Assembly (NCBI GenBank): GCA_904063045.1
Contig: CAJFCJ010000090.1
Location: forward strand, 1 to 48,135
Direction: 5' to 3'
DNA from: Dimorphilus gyrociliatus
Taxonomy: Eukaryota; Animalia; Annelida
DNA: 48,135 nt
How positions within the stretch are numbered: position 1 is the first letter of the stretch; each line of letters starts with the position of its first letter. The position numbers and the translations under genes are program-made. Of the stretch, positions 1-12,399 are shown one piece after another. Under the pieces are notes generated by a model. That model searched no databases, had not been told where the DNA came from, and was given only the letters and a program-made list of their open reading frames with translations.

Positions 1-3000
1 CACCCTAATATTTCGTGTGGGGTTTTGCCTGTACTTCCAACTGGAATTTGATTTAAACATGTTTGAATTATTGGTAATTGTCTTGTCCAATCTGCCAATT
101 GTCCATTCACTATATGTTTATGAAGTGCTTTGCGAATTTCTAAATTCTTTCTTTCTACCATACCATTACTTTGACTATGGAATGATGTTGTTTTCATTTT
201 TCTTATTCCCATTGATGATACCATTTCTGTAAAGATTTCTCCAAGAAAATTCCTTCCTTGATCTGTGAGAATTTCTTCTGGAATACCCAATATTGGGAAA
301 TAGTTGAAGAACAAATGTTTAGATATTTCTTCAGCTGTTTGTGTTTTCAGAGGGAACAGGTTGGTGAATCTTGACATATGATCTATAATGACAAGTATAT
401 ATTTATAAGATTCATGTCCAGTCAAAGGTCCTATTATATCCATAGCAATTCTTTGCATTGGTAGAGTTGGATGAGGTGTTTCACTCAACAAGTGTTTGTT
501 GCCTGGTGCTCTTAATTGTTCACAAAATTCGCAATTCTTTATTTGCTCTTTAATTTAGGATGCCAGAAAGCTTGTTCCAAGGTATGAATTGTTATATCAA
601 CACCATAGTGCTCGAACAGCTGGTGTTGATGAATTTGTCCAAGTAGGTTAGTTAAAGTTGATAGAGGGATTACAAGTAATGGTTGACAACCATCTAAATA
701 CCATACTAGATCTTCCTTAACAAACATATATTGAATGAAATTTTTATATTCATACAATATTTCATCATCAACATTTTCTCCTTCCAATTTGTCTACAACT
801 TTCATTAGTGGAATATCCAAAGTTTGTTCTGTATAGAAGTCTATTTTAATAGTTGTAGTTTTTAGTTTCATAACTTTCAACTGATTTTGAATTATTTCTT
901 CATCAAACTCATCATCATATAAATTATCATCCAAACAATCATCTAATTCTTCTAGATCTTCTGTATCAATATAAAAGCATTTAAGCATGTCTTTCCTTTC
1001 TGCTAATTTGGGAACACTGTTGCCATATTGTTTATCTTCATTCAGTCTTTCTTTTAGCAAGCTGTGAAAGTCAATTACTTCATCAGTTTCTCTAATTCTT
1101 GATACCCAGTCTGCTCTATTAGTTCTTCCTGAAATATATATTATTTCAAAATCCATATCCATAATTGCCATAACCCATTTAATAGTACTTGAATTTAGTT
1201 TGTTTTGTACAAATGTTTGTACTCAAATGATCAGTATACAGAAAAAATTTCTTATACTGCAAATAATGGGAGAATTTTTGTACTGCCCAATACACAGCAA
1301 AAGCTTCTTTTCAATAAGCTGCATATCTTAATTGTGTATTGATTAGAAGCTTGGAAGCAAAAGAAATTGGTTTTCTTATTTTCTTTCCATTTTCTTCCCA
1401 TTCTTGTTCCAGAACTGCATCAACTGCATAATAAGAGGCATCAGTTGTTAAAAAGAATGGTTTGGTGAAATCTGGTAGTTGAAGTATGGGTGGTTCTGTC
1501 ATTGATTTCTTTAGTATCTGATAAACTTCTTCTGCTTCTTTATTCCATTTTAGTTTTTCAATCGTTTGATGAACCTTTAGTAATTCTCTCAAAGGTTTTG
1601 TAATCTTGGAAAACTTAACAAAGTATTTGCAAACAGGGGTAGTTCAGCATCTTTAATCTTTTGAATTTTTTCTGGATCAGTTTCAATACCATTCTGTGTA
1701 ATTCTATGACCAAGAAATTGTACTGATTCTTGTAAGAATGCACATTTACTTAGCTTGATTCTGAAATCCTTTTCTTTAATTCTTTCCATTAACTTTTTGA
1801 GAGCAATGAAATGTTCTTCTAATGTTTTTGTAAAAACAATAATATCATCAATATAGTTAATACAAAAGTTTTCTAATCCATTTATGACAAAATTAGCCAT
1901 AATGTAACTGAAATGTGAAGGTGCATTTGCCAAACCAAAAGGCATTCTATTGAATTTGAATAGACCAAATGGTGTAATAAATGCTGTTTTTTCTTTATCT
2001 TCCTCTTTAATTGGAATATGATGAAATGCACTCATCAAATCCAATATAGAAAAGTATTTATGTCCTCCTCCAAGTTTGTCAAATAAATCTTCTTGATGTG
2101 GAATTGGATAGCAATTCTTTTTTGAATGTTTGTTGAGTTTTCTGTAATCTACACACATCCTTAATGTTCCTTCTTTTTTCTTAACAAAAACAATTGGTGA
2201 AGCCCATTGACTTTTGCTTGCTCTTATTAGTCCATTTTCCAATAATCCATTCAATTGTTCTCTACATTCTTGTTGTTTGTTGGGTGGTAATCTGTAAGGT
2301 CTTTGTTTAAAAGGTTTTACATCACCCAACAATTCAATTGCCATAGGTGGAACATCTGGTGAGCCAATATCAGTTTGATTTGTAGCTATGATATTTTCAT
2401 AGCTCTTGATGATTTCTTGTAGTTCTTCTCTGCTCTTTTCCATGCTATCTTTGGACACACTAGAGTAATTATCAATTTCTATTGTATTTATGCAAAAACT
2501 GTCTACACTATGGTTTGACAAATGTTCACACTCAAAAGCAACATCTAACTCAAATTCTTCTATCTCAGGAATAGGAGGGAGCTCTATTCCAATAGTTATT
2601 CCATCTTCCAACTCTATGAGTAGAGGTTCCATATCCATATTAATATCTGGCTTTTTGGTAGCCATCATGGTTATTCCATTCCAACTTGATGTGTTGATTT
2701 TCCATTTCCATATCTGTATTTGATTCTTCTTCAGAAGTGGTACTACTCTCTTCTTCAGACAAATTGATGATAATAACTGTATCACCATCTAATTCTTCAT
2801 TTGCATCTGATTCAAGACTTGTCAATGTATCATAATGTTCCGAGTTATTCTGACTCTGATCTACATCATAACTACTTTCTGTATCTGAATCAACAATTTC
2901 CATATCTGAATCTTCACTATCTCATACCTCCAGTGGATTCTCAGCTGGTTCTTGGAAATGTAATCCAATCATTCCAACAGTTAATTGTTATGTTTTCTTG

Positions 3001-3270
3001 ACTTCTTTTCTGTACTTAATCATTTTGTCTTTTTTGTATAAAGGATTTAATGGGTTCTCCTTTTCTTATGAAGAATGGAAGTGAAACTTGTTTTATTGCA
3101 AAGTTGATTATTGCACCAGACTTTCTTAAGAAGTCACATCCTAGAATTATTGCCATATCCAATTTTTCCATTATGAAAAATTCTTGTTCCATTATTCTCT
3201 TTGCAAATTGTATGTTGAGTTTTGCTTTACCTTTAGTTTTTAAAGCATTTCTATCTGCAGATATAATGCA
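1..3270 (-). mobile_element. Decayed Ty3/Gypsy LTR-retrotransposon pol (protease C-half, RT, RNase H, integrase), frameshifted; runs off the left edge
   Basis: Minus-strand motifs in Gypsy order: protease IILGCDFL (~3100-3200); RT WASPIVFVKKKEGTLRMCVDYRKLN, LDLMSAFHHI, YIDD (1589-2788); RNase H FFLTTDASYYAV..VLEQ (1311-1592); integrase His pair in HQHQLFEHYG followed by CEFC, then IAMDIIGPL, ILTDQG and SNGMVER (1-1171). Several frameshifts and stops. Confidence 0.93.
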
Positions 3271-3271
3271 A

Positions 3272-3461
3272 CATCTGTTTTGGTCAAAGAATATGTTTCC
3301 TACGAAATAAAAGCCTTTTTAAAGTTCTAGGCTCTATTTCTACTAAATAAATGTCTTTCTAAACTTCCACCATTATAATTGCTATGAAATAACACTTTTT
3401 CTAAACTTCCACCATTATAATTGCTACGAAATAAAAGCCTTTCTAAAGTTCTATAATATCT
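3272..3461 (+). repeat. ~41-bp minisatellite (4 units) with leader CATCTGTTTTGGTCAAAGAAT
   Basis: Units resemble ATTGCTACGAAATAAAAGCCTTTCTAAACTTCCACCATTATA. Related copies at 13690-13760 (inverted) and 23769-23860. It abuts the truncated Gypsy protease. Confidence 0.8.
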
Positions 3462-3969
3462 AAGTCTAAATATTATTATGTTGATGTTTTTAAGTGCACA
3501 AATCCTGAACTTTTCTGCATAAATATTGCAAAATACTTTTTGAGATTCTAAATTAAAAATGAAAAACATGAATAATTTAATAAAAACATATAAAGAGACA
3601 GACCTTGGATGCATTTGGCATGGACATAATCCTGGCAGTCACTGCATTTCATCTTTCTCTATCTACCATAAAATCCTTTATTACAGTTAATACAAACAGG
3701 TGTCATGACTAAAATTCTGCAAAATTAAATTCACTTTCAAATATCAAATATGGCTGCCAAGACAAAAATTATAAATAATAACTCACAGGAAAGAAGGGTT
3801 TTTAAAGAAATTGTATGATCTTGTAATATTCAATAAACCAAGTCAATACAAGAGTATCAATGTTTAAAAAACAAATTAGCCTGAAAATATGCCAAAAAAT
3901 GTAAAATTTATCTTTCACTTATAGACAATACAATGAAATCATTCATTTCTCTTTTAATAGCATTATATA

Positions 3970-4547
3970 TGTACACTTATGAACTATAGTTTATAGATAT
4001 TTTATGAATGATACTTACTACATGGTAAAAGTGTTAAAGTAGATGTTGCCTCTAGGGTAGATGGTACCCAACTGCCAGAATCAACCCCTTTTATAGGCAA
4101 AGGATAAGATGTTACATAACAAACATGTTGACAACATCAACAACAAGTGTTTATTTACATAAATATGATGTAAGAATTGACCCTTGAGGGGTAACCTACA
4201 CAAAGTTGTTGTTGTTTACATCACTATTGCATAATATGATAACCCTTGACCCTGTTTGTTGTGAACAATCCTTATCTGGGGTTAGACCCTTGTTGTTGAC
4301 AGCCAAGGCATAAACAACTGATAAGGAATTGTATAAAAGCAGGGCATAGGCAGTAACAGGCATTCAGTCCTGAATCAACTCCCTTAGTGAACAGGTCTAG
4401 TATTACTTTAGAATACAGTTATATTATTCTTACAGTTTGGTTCTATATTCATCCTTCATCAATTCTACATCTCTCTTCTAAGTGGCTCTCTCCTGGTTCG
4501 GTTCTATTTGGACCAGTACTTACCTACAACCTCAGCAGGAAAGTACA
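3970..4547 (+). mobile_element. Solo LTR, family A
   Basis: TGTAC...GTACA termini, TATAAAAG at ~4332, flanks ATATA/ATGTA (5-bp TSD with one mismatch). Aligns end to end with 46481-47056. Confidence 0.85.
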
Positions 4548-4649
4548 ATGTAATTCAGAGAAAACAGGTGAAAACATTATAATACATATACCTTTGTTCA
4601 AAAATATTAATATTTTTTTGATAAATGAAGTTAACAACTAAGAGAAAAA

Positions 4650-4725
4650 AGGACATTTTTTCCCAAAACTTAAGATGTTTTTTCCTAGGGATGTTTTTTC
4701 CCAAGGATGTTTTTTCTGGACCTCC
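4650..4725 (+). repeat. MULE right-end subterminal repeat array (fragment)
   Basis: About 4 copies of GGA(C/T)(A/G)TTTTTTCC, matching the arrays at 25940-26038 and 10901-10980. Confidence 0.6.
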
Positions 4726-4977
4726 AATAGAACTATGAGAATGGGAATCATTGAAAACAATTTTAGCTTTTTCCCAGCTTTCTCAGCCTTTGAAGAAAAT
4801 TGTATTATTAGTGTTCTTACTACTACTGTCCTCTACAGGATATTGAAAAATTCAGTTGGATAAAAACAGATAGATATTATTACTTTTGATTTTTTTAATT
4901 AATCTGTATTCATTCTGTAAAAACTGTATGTTACTTTATATAAAATATTTTATGTGTCAATAGCAAAATCTTTGTCA

Positions 4978-6705
4978 TTAAATTTTCTGGAGCAAATAAT
5001 TGGATATCTTGAAAGGCTTTAGGATATCATTAATATCCATCAGCCAACAAGAAATTTGATCTTTTCTGTTTTGAAGTCTTCCTCTTATTAAGTTATTATT
5101 AACTATAACTGCAACAGACTTAAATTCACTTTCATCTCTGTTAGATTGAATCATTGAGTAGAATGTAAAGTGTTTTTTTCCAACATCACCAAGTAACCCA
5201 GTCATTTGTGGGTAATCTTCAGGCACAGTCTTAAAGCTAACATCTAGATGAAATTCTCCAAGACCATGTGTAGATTTTTGAATTTTAATTGAGAATGAAG
5301 ATCTTCTTTCAGTTATCACAATCATTTTACTATTTTTTATATGATATTTGAATTGGTCAGTGGCTAAAAGTAAATTTTGCAGACTATGATTCCATGCAAA
5401 AGTTTTTTTATTATCAAGAGTAAAGCTGTCAATTGAAAAGCTCATATTACCAAAAGGTGTTTGAACAACAATTTTATGCATATAATAATCATCTTTAAGC
5501 TGTCCAAAAATTTTAATTCCTTTCATAGAAAATCCAGCTATATATATATAATCACCAGTTGTACCAGTTACATCATAACAAATATGTTTTTTTTCCAATG
5601 TAGAAATATCATTAACAACTTGTTCAAAATGTGGATCTCCTGTTGCAGAGACCCATAAATCAGTTGAGCCACTGGCAAAATATATTGGAATATAGTTTAT
5701 AAAAGATTTTGAAGCCACCTCGCATGTTGCCTTTACAAATGCAAAGTCACTGGATCCAGTCTTTGTTGCTATAATTTGTACAATTTGGGAGTCAAGAGTA
5801 AATGGTCCAGATACATCTATTGTAACTTTAGAAGTATCTGTAGATTCAGTTCTGAAATTGAAGTGAAATAAAAATATATTTTTAACAGTAAAAAATGTTG
5901 TCAGTAAATACTATTTTGTGAAAATATAAAGATTAAATGTCTGCTGTGTATGAATGAATAATGTAGAAGAAATTGTATTCACATCTTAACTGAGATTTTA
6001 AAGTGACAATGTAATGTTTTTGATGGCAAGTATAACAAAAAATTGTATGAATCTAAACTTCTCATATTGCCAAAATTTGTTTTAATGATTGACAACATCT
6101 ATAAAATTTATACAACCCACCTGCAAGTAGTATCAGTATTAGCACGATCAACACTAACACCAATAGTAGTTGGTGATGATTGCTGACTGGACATGTCAAT
6201 GAATAATAAAAATAAACCAGGTAGTTCATTTTGACCAAAGTCTGAAAAAAAATATTTCATTATGATTTTGCAGTAGGAAATTTATTTCTAAATTATACCT
6301 TCTTGAGAGTAAACATATGTTTGATGTGAAAAAACTAGTTCTTCTGAATTAAGTTGACATGTGAAGGTACTTTTAGCAAAAAAACTGTTGGTTATACTCC
6401 CAATTGCAGTGCTTGGAATTTGATGTTGCGTATTTGCTAAGGTCAGAGTTACTGTACCAGTATGAATTACTGTTCCATCAGGTTTTGCAGTGGATATACT
6501 GTAAAAATAAAAAGTTTAGCACATTTACATAAAACTTATATGATACAAACCTGCATGTTGGTGCTCCTGTGACCTTTTCTATCACAATAACAATTGATTT
6601 TCCTTCTATAGCAACAGCCTGCACATGAAGTCTCAGAGCTATTTGACAATTAATTCCACAAGCTAAAAGTAGAAGAAGAAAACTAAGTATGTGAATCTGC
6701 CTCAT
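4978..6705 (-). CDS. Secreted protein with GDPH motif and ITIH C-terminal-like domain (4 exons)
   Basis: Signal peptide MRQIHILSFLLLLLACGINC. Three GT-AG introns join in consistent phase (TCS/ISTAKP, SQE/DFGQ, TCR/TESTD). Last exon has GDPHF...ICYDVTG..G and GLLG, resembling the inter-alpha-trypsin inhibitor heavy-chain C-terminal domain. Confidence 0.8.
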
Positions 6706-8322
6706 TTTTTCTCCTAATGAAAAAAATACTTTTTACCAAGTGTTTTTATACTTTTTTGAACACCAGGCAATATTATATTTTAAGTATAATAGGTTGAGCC
6801 TATATAGGTCTAAACAGTCTTTTTCAAGTTGGTCTTAAGAGTAAACTCAATTCAGTATAAAATCTTTAATAACTTTAAATGACAGGCCTGTAAAAAAGAT
6901 TGTGCCAAAGAGCACTTCATGTTTTCTATTAAAATCTTTGCTGTATTATGTTTTTAGAAATCATGTTTTTTATCAAGTTAGGAGATAAGGCATAGGTTTG
7001 CTAATGCTGAATGATTAAGCTTTGGACAAGCCTATATTTTCTAATGTCCTTTTAGGTGTGTCCAAAATTTTTATTTTCTCCCCATCCACTGTAAGGTTAC
7101 TCTAGCTAGAATTGTTTTAAATGTTGATTTTGGTGTATTTTTTCTTTGACTGCTTCCTAAAATCCATTGGGACTCTTGAAATTTGAGAATTCTGTTTCTC
7201 TTTTATGATTTATTCAAAAGAAAAACCTTTACAAAAACCAGTTTTTGCTTTTGTTAAGCATTCACATTAAATAGTATTGAGTTAAGGCTATAGTTTACAA
7301 AAAAAAGCAATTATTAAAAGTTTTTCTATCATATGAAAATATCATAGGCCTAATTGTATATTTTCTAAAAGTTCATATATTGTCAGATTGCCAAATTACA
7401 AAATTCGCATATAACTTTATTAACTACTAGAAAAACTGTTCTTTTTCTCAATTCACTGTTTGTAGTTTCCTGAATTAAAAGTCTAATAATTATGGTATAA
7501 AAGTGCTTTTTACAGTTGTCCAGCATAAAAGTAACATTTTTTCCAAATGTAAAAGTAACAAGTGACCAAAAAAATTAGTATATATTAGTGGAACAGGTTT
7601 TGACCTAAGTACTACTTTAGCTGAAAATCCACTGGACAGACCTACAACCTTGAACTTAATATTATTTAATAAATATCAACTTGCAATAAATGCCAATAAA
7701 AAACTATTTACACTGGTTTCTCAAAATAGGTCATAAATGACAAAAGTGCTCCTGAATCACATAAAGCAATGACCTTGTTTCTATTATGATTTTTAATAAA
7801 ATATTTTCAAAACATTTTTTCTACTGAAAATCGTTTTAAACATTGATTTTTTTGACTACTTTCAAAAATTTTGAAAATACTTTGAATTCCTGTAGAAAAA
7901 TGAAAATGCTTCTTTCTATCTTTCCAACATAGGGGCAAGCTTCAATATCAAGTGGATGACACTTACATTCCCTTGTTGAGAATTTGTATGTGGCGTTTGT
8001 TGGAAATACAGTGACTAAAAGAACTATTAAGACACGAAAGATAATTTTCACAGCTGACTTCTTTTTCTAAAATCTGACCTTGAAAATGACAACAGAAAAC
8101 ACATAAATACAATATTTGTTAGCCATAAAAGTAATCAATGGACTGCTCCACTAAAATCTTTTATATAATATTAAAGTTTCCTTTGTTATCAACAATGTAT
8201 TTAGAAATTATATCTGTATGAATTTTAAACTTTTATTATTAAAAGCCTTTTCAGGCATATATTGCATTATGGGAAAAATTCTTCACTTTCTATGAGGCTC
8301 TTTATATATAAAAGCTTTTTAG

Positions 8323-8830
8323 TGTACTTTGTTATATTGTAATTATAGGAATTTGTATACATACATTTGTCAGCTATACTCTACAATAGAAAAGTAGTAT
8401 TGAACTAGTATTGTACTCATAGAGATAAGCAGTATTGACCTAGTTTCACATAAGGCAGTGCATATACAATGTGTGGCAATAAAACCAATTTGTGAACTAT
8501 CCACCTTTAAAAGAGTATATAAACTCTACAAAATTAACAATTGATAGTTCAGTTTTCTAACCATCAGCTGGTTATTTAAACTAGATTGTCTAGAACTAGA
8601 AGCTCATTTTACTCAATATGTATTCTTTGCACGAAATACTCATGTTTTGTGGATTCAATTCTACCTAAAATTACATTTGTTAGACTATTTGTGGACGAAC
8701 TTGAAATGTTCTATTTGTGTGAGTACTTTGGCAGATTGGTAAATGATTGGAAAGGATGATTACAGTTGTGATGAACCAGAAATTTGTCCTCAAATAGTCT
8801 TAGCAAATGTAATTTTGGTAGAAATTCTTT
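8323..8830. mobile_element. Rearranged family-B LTR (inverted 3' end, forward internally deleted body, inverted internal piece)
   Basis: 8323-8353 is the reverse complement of the LTR-B 3' end. 8354-8784 is forward LTR-B lacking ~465 bp relative to 26794-27728. 8783-8830 is the reverse complement of the LTR-B interior. Confidence 0.75.
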
Positions 8831-8849
8831 CTTCTATTCCAATCAATCA

Positions 8850-10500
8850 ATTATTAACTAGCCCTGACATTGGTTCTTATCAATGTTATATTAGTAATAA
8901 AACTTGAGATATGTAAATCAGACTCTAAAAATCCCTCTATTCTGCCAATTTTACATATTTCATTCTCTCAACCTTCCCAAGTTACCCAAAGCATGTAAGT
9001 CATTTTCCTTGGCTAACCCAATTATAGAAATCATATTACTCATATCAAGTATCTCCACTTTCATCACTGTTTTGCCTTTCTAGATAAATGAATAAAAGAG
9101 AGGCTAGTGGCTTAGTTAAAAAGAATCAATGATTTTTTTTTGTTAAATCAATTTTAAATAAATTGTCTAATCCTTTAAAGGAAAATTGTTTTAGTTCAGA
9201 AATTTTTGAACCAATTAATGAAAGATGTTCAAGTGATGTTAAAGTTTTAAATGATAAATTGTCAATAGATTTAAAAGTATTGTATGAAAGATTCAAAACT
9301 CTTAATGATGGTATGAGAAGGATACTTGAATTTAAATATCTTAGAAAGCTTCTTTTTACAGCAATTTTCTTCATCATCACTATTTGGACAGTGTCCTATA
9401 CCATCACAGACATTTTGTAATGGTATACAATAATAGGCGGAGCACTGAAATGATCCTTCAATACACAGCATTGATAGACAATTTGATAAATCGAAATATG
9501 GAAATTGGGGTTTGGTTATCAATTTACCCAAACTATTGTATTTTAAGTGGCATTTTGTTGTTGCATTATCATTTAAAGGATCACTGTCTCTCTGATTCCA
9601 TATTTGGCATCCATTATCTAAAGAAAAGTGAATACTATTCTGTTATTTGAAATCTCTGGACTAATTTTTCATTTCAAAAATCTACCCAAATTGTACAACA
9701 ACTTTTCACAAATATTTTTCAAACATTCATTTTGGGCTTCATCTTTGCCATCTTTACAATCAATTCTATTGTCACATACATTTCCAATATCTATGCATTC
9801 ATTAGAACAATAGAATTGGGACGAATTGAATTCATCTTTTAGGAAAATGGTTGGAACAATAGTCTGATATTTCATCTTTCCTTTTTGTATTTCCTGATTT
9901 ACTATTTCATCCAATCCGTCTATACAGTGTTTCTCTCCATCACATTTTAAAGAAGCTATTATACATCCGCCATTTTTACATCCAATAATTCTAAACAATT
10001 ATTAAGCAACACTCAAACTTGTCAAATATTACTGTATCTCTCCAGTTTTACAGTTGACTTATTCTTTAAAAAAGAAAAATCCTCTTTTTGGTGTTTTTCT
10101 TTCAACATGTTCATTGATTTTTAATCATAAAACTATGTTTTTTTTCTGTAAGGAGAGAATCACCTACTAAATGTCTTAAAATTTGAACAACTGAGATAAG
10201 CAAATGGTAAAATAACTAGTTTTGTAAAAAAAGAATTTTTTTTTCATTTTTAAATATCCATTTATGCAGTCTCTTACATTGTTAACAAATTGCCAATCAA
10301 CTATAAAAGGAGTGTTATATATTGAATATTTATCCATAAAATATTTTACAGTTCCATACATAAATCCAAAGTAATTACAAAACATCTTTTTCACACCAAA
10401 AATGATTTTATTGTACAAGATTGAAGTTGAAAAGCTTGAATTAGATTATAGAGATGCAGTTTGAAAACTATTGTTGATTTGTAATGAAAAGAAAACACTT
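8850..10500 (-). pseudogene. GRL101/LGR-like ectodomain pseudogene (SRCR-like, LDLa repeats, LRRs)
   Basis: MFCNYFGFMYG (SRCR-like); LDLa units CIIASLKCDGEKHCIDGLDE, CIDIGNVCDNRIDCKDGKDE, CIPLQNVCDGIGHCPNSDDE; LRRs LRVLNLSYN, LEHLSLIGS, EILDMSNN. Stops and frameshifts below ~9126. Faint TM-like remnants at 7836-8300. Confidence 0.75.
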
Positions 10501-10900
10501 ATGAGAAATTGAATTGTAACATTTCCTTTATATTTACCTTGACCTACATTTGTCTGCTGTAATTGTTAAGTCAATTAAACTAACTTTTAATTATTACTAT
10601 ATTTTTTATTATTCTTCTTAGAGATTTTAAAAACATGGTACTAATTTTAAAACCACTTTTTTTCCCTATTTATATTAAAATTATTATTTCAATTAATCTT
10701 TGTACAAAAAAGAAATTAATATCAATTCTTAAAAGATCTAGATTAGGTTTAAAGGTCATGTGATCATTATAACAATCTAGTGTTCAGTATTTCTTTTTCA
10801 TTATTAAAATATTTATGTCAATTTCAGTTGTTTGAGTTGATAAAGAGGGGTATGAGAGAGAATGTCCTATTTTTGAGTGTTAAAAAGGGTAATAATGGCA

Positions 10901-11478
10901 GGTTTATGGAGAAAACATCCACTAGAGAAAATATCCACAAGAGAAAACTTCCATAACTTAGGAGAAAACATCAACAGCAATTTTTTATATGAAGAATGGT
11001 TTAGAGATTAATATTTTGAATGAAAATATAAAAATTAGAAAAAAAGATGTGTAATATTTTATTCATGTAATAAGATATGTCTAACATAAAAGAGATAACT
11101 ACAAAAGATGTATAAACTACCAGAATATGAATTCCAAAAAATTTCTAAGTTTTTTGTAACCAGCTAAAGTTGTTCATGACATAATATAAATGCTTGCTGC
11201 CTTTTCTAATAACTCTGATGCACATACTGATCTAACTTCAAATTGCTCCCATATACCAAAAAATCTGACTTTGAATTTTCTGATATGGTTTTCTTTGCTG
11301 TCTACAGATCTTTCTCTCACTTAATAATTTTTTGTAAAGTGTAATCAACTCTGCTTCTCTCTTTAATTCATCAATGGTCACATACAATGAGGAGTTTGCA
11401 TGAATATTCCTATTTAATCTGTTGTGCCATCCTTCCAGATCATTGTTGGTTCTGATTGCTTCACCATATATAGACCAA
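10901..11478 (-). mobile_element. MULE (Mutator-like) transposase C-terminus plus right end, 5'-truncated
   Basis: Minus frame WSIYGEAIRTNNDLEGWHNRLN...; GAGAAAACATCC repeat array and terminus at 10901-10980. Confidence 0.8.
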
Positions 11479-11480
11479 GA

Positions 11481-11748
11481 GTTATCATATTATGCAATAG
11501 TGATGTAAACAACAACAACTTTGTGTAGGTTACCCATCAAGGGTCAATTCTTACATCATAGTGATGTAAATAAACACTTGTTGTTGTCAACATGTTTGTT
11601 ATGTAACATCTTATCCTTTGCCTATAAAAGGGGTTGATTCTGGCAGTTGGGTACCATCTACCCTAGAGGCAACATCTACTTCAACACTTCTACCATATAG
11701 TAAGTATCATTTATAAAATATCTATAAACTATAGTTCATAAGTGTACA
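11481..11748 (-). mobile_element. Truncated family-A LTR (5' ~270 bp)
   Basis: Reverse complement of 3970-~4240; begins TGTACAC at 11748. Confidence 0.85.
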
Positions 11749-11828
11749 GTCTCTATTATTTCAATTTAAAGTGTTATCACTTCAAATATAATTATGCAAC
11801 TTTTGTAGTTTTGATGTAAGTTAAGCAC

Positions 11829-11888
11829 AGTGGATGTTTTCAACAAGGACAGTGGGCGTTTTCAACAGGTTAGTGGGCGTTTTCAACA
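11829..11888 (+). repeat. 3 x ~21-bp AGTGGGCGTTTTCAACA repeat
   Basis: Direct tandem units resembling the MITE subterminal GTGGGCATTTTCAACA at ~22077. Confidence 0.55.
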
Positions 11889-11896
11889 ATATCTGG

Positions 11897-12300
11897 CTAC
11901 TTGCCATACAGTTCACATAGGTTCAGCCTTCTAACTGCTTTGCTTCGATCCTCAATGCTCATTGTTATGAATTGTGGGCAATTCCTTAACGGTGTGGCTT
12001 TCCACATATATAGCAATCTATTTCTTTTCTTTTCCTTTGTTGCCCTGCCCAATTTGTCTAACACAGCAAAGGCGGCGCCAAATTTTGTTTTTATTTCCCC
12101 ATATTCTGAGCATAGGAATTTCATTGCACTATTGTAGCTGTCCTTTGGTGATGATCTGAATCTTTCTACCTCTTCTTGCAACTCCATACCCAAGTGCCCT
12201 ATTTTATCATCATCAATGCTATCTTCCATCCTATCAAAGGCACATGCATCCTTTTGTGTGGTCCGGCATTGCTAGCCAGATGTTGTATGTTTTAGCCTGG
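11897..12300 (-). mobile_element. Probable BEL/Pao gag remnant (internally deleted)
   Basis: YNSAMKFLCSEYG and CPQFITMSIEDRSKAVRRLNLC resemble BEL/Pao gag and its Cys/His knuckle. Recalled motif similarity only. Confidence 0.55.
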
Positions 12301-12399
12301 TTGTATTGACTTGTGTCATTGATAGGTCTTCATCATTGCTTTCGTTTGCAGTTACTGCACTGTTTCTCTTCCTTTTTCCGGAAGACATCCCTCTTTCAC

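Noticed and set aside
17-232. Short antisense ORFs (e.g. 17-232, 2490-2723, 3050-3310, 9163-9420, 14154-14457, 44988-45194)
   Set aside because: Shadows of coding sequence on the opposite strand or frame, with no independent motifs.
3296-3461. CRISPR-like array
   Set aside because: The units are contiguous tandem repeats without unique spacers, the context is eukaryotic, and there are no cas genes.
3970-4547. LTR-A as the 5' LTR of the adjacent Gypsy pol
   Set aside because: Its TATA orientation is plus while pol is minus, it has its own near-TSD, and no PBS or gag connects them.
7836-8051. Stand-alone small secreted Cys peptide
   Set aside because: No ATG start, it contains a plausible intron (GTAAG...CTACAG), and it is better explained as a TM-like remnant of the decayed receptor.
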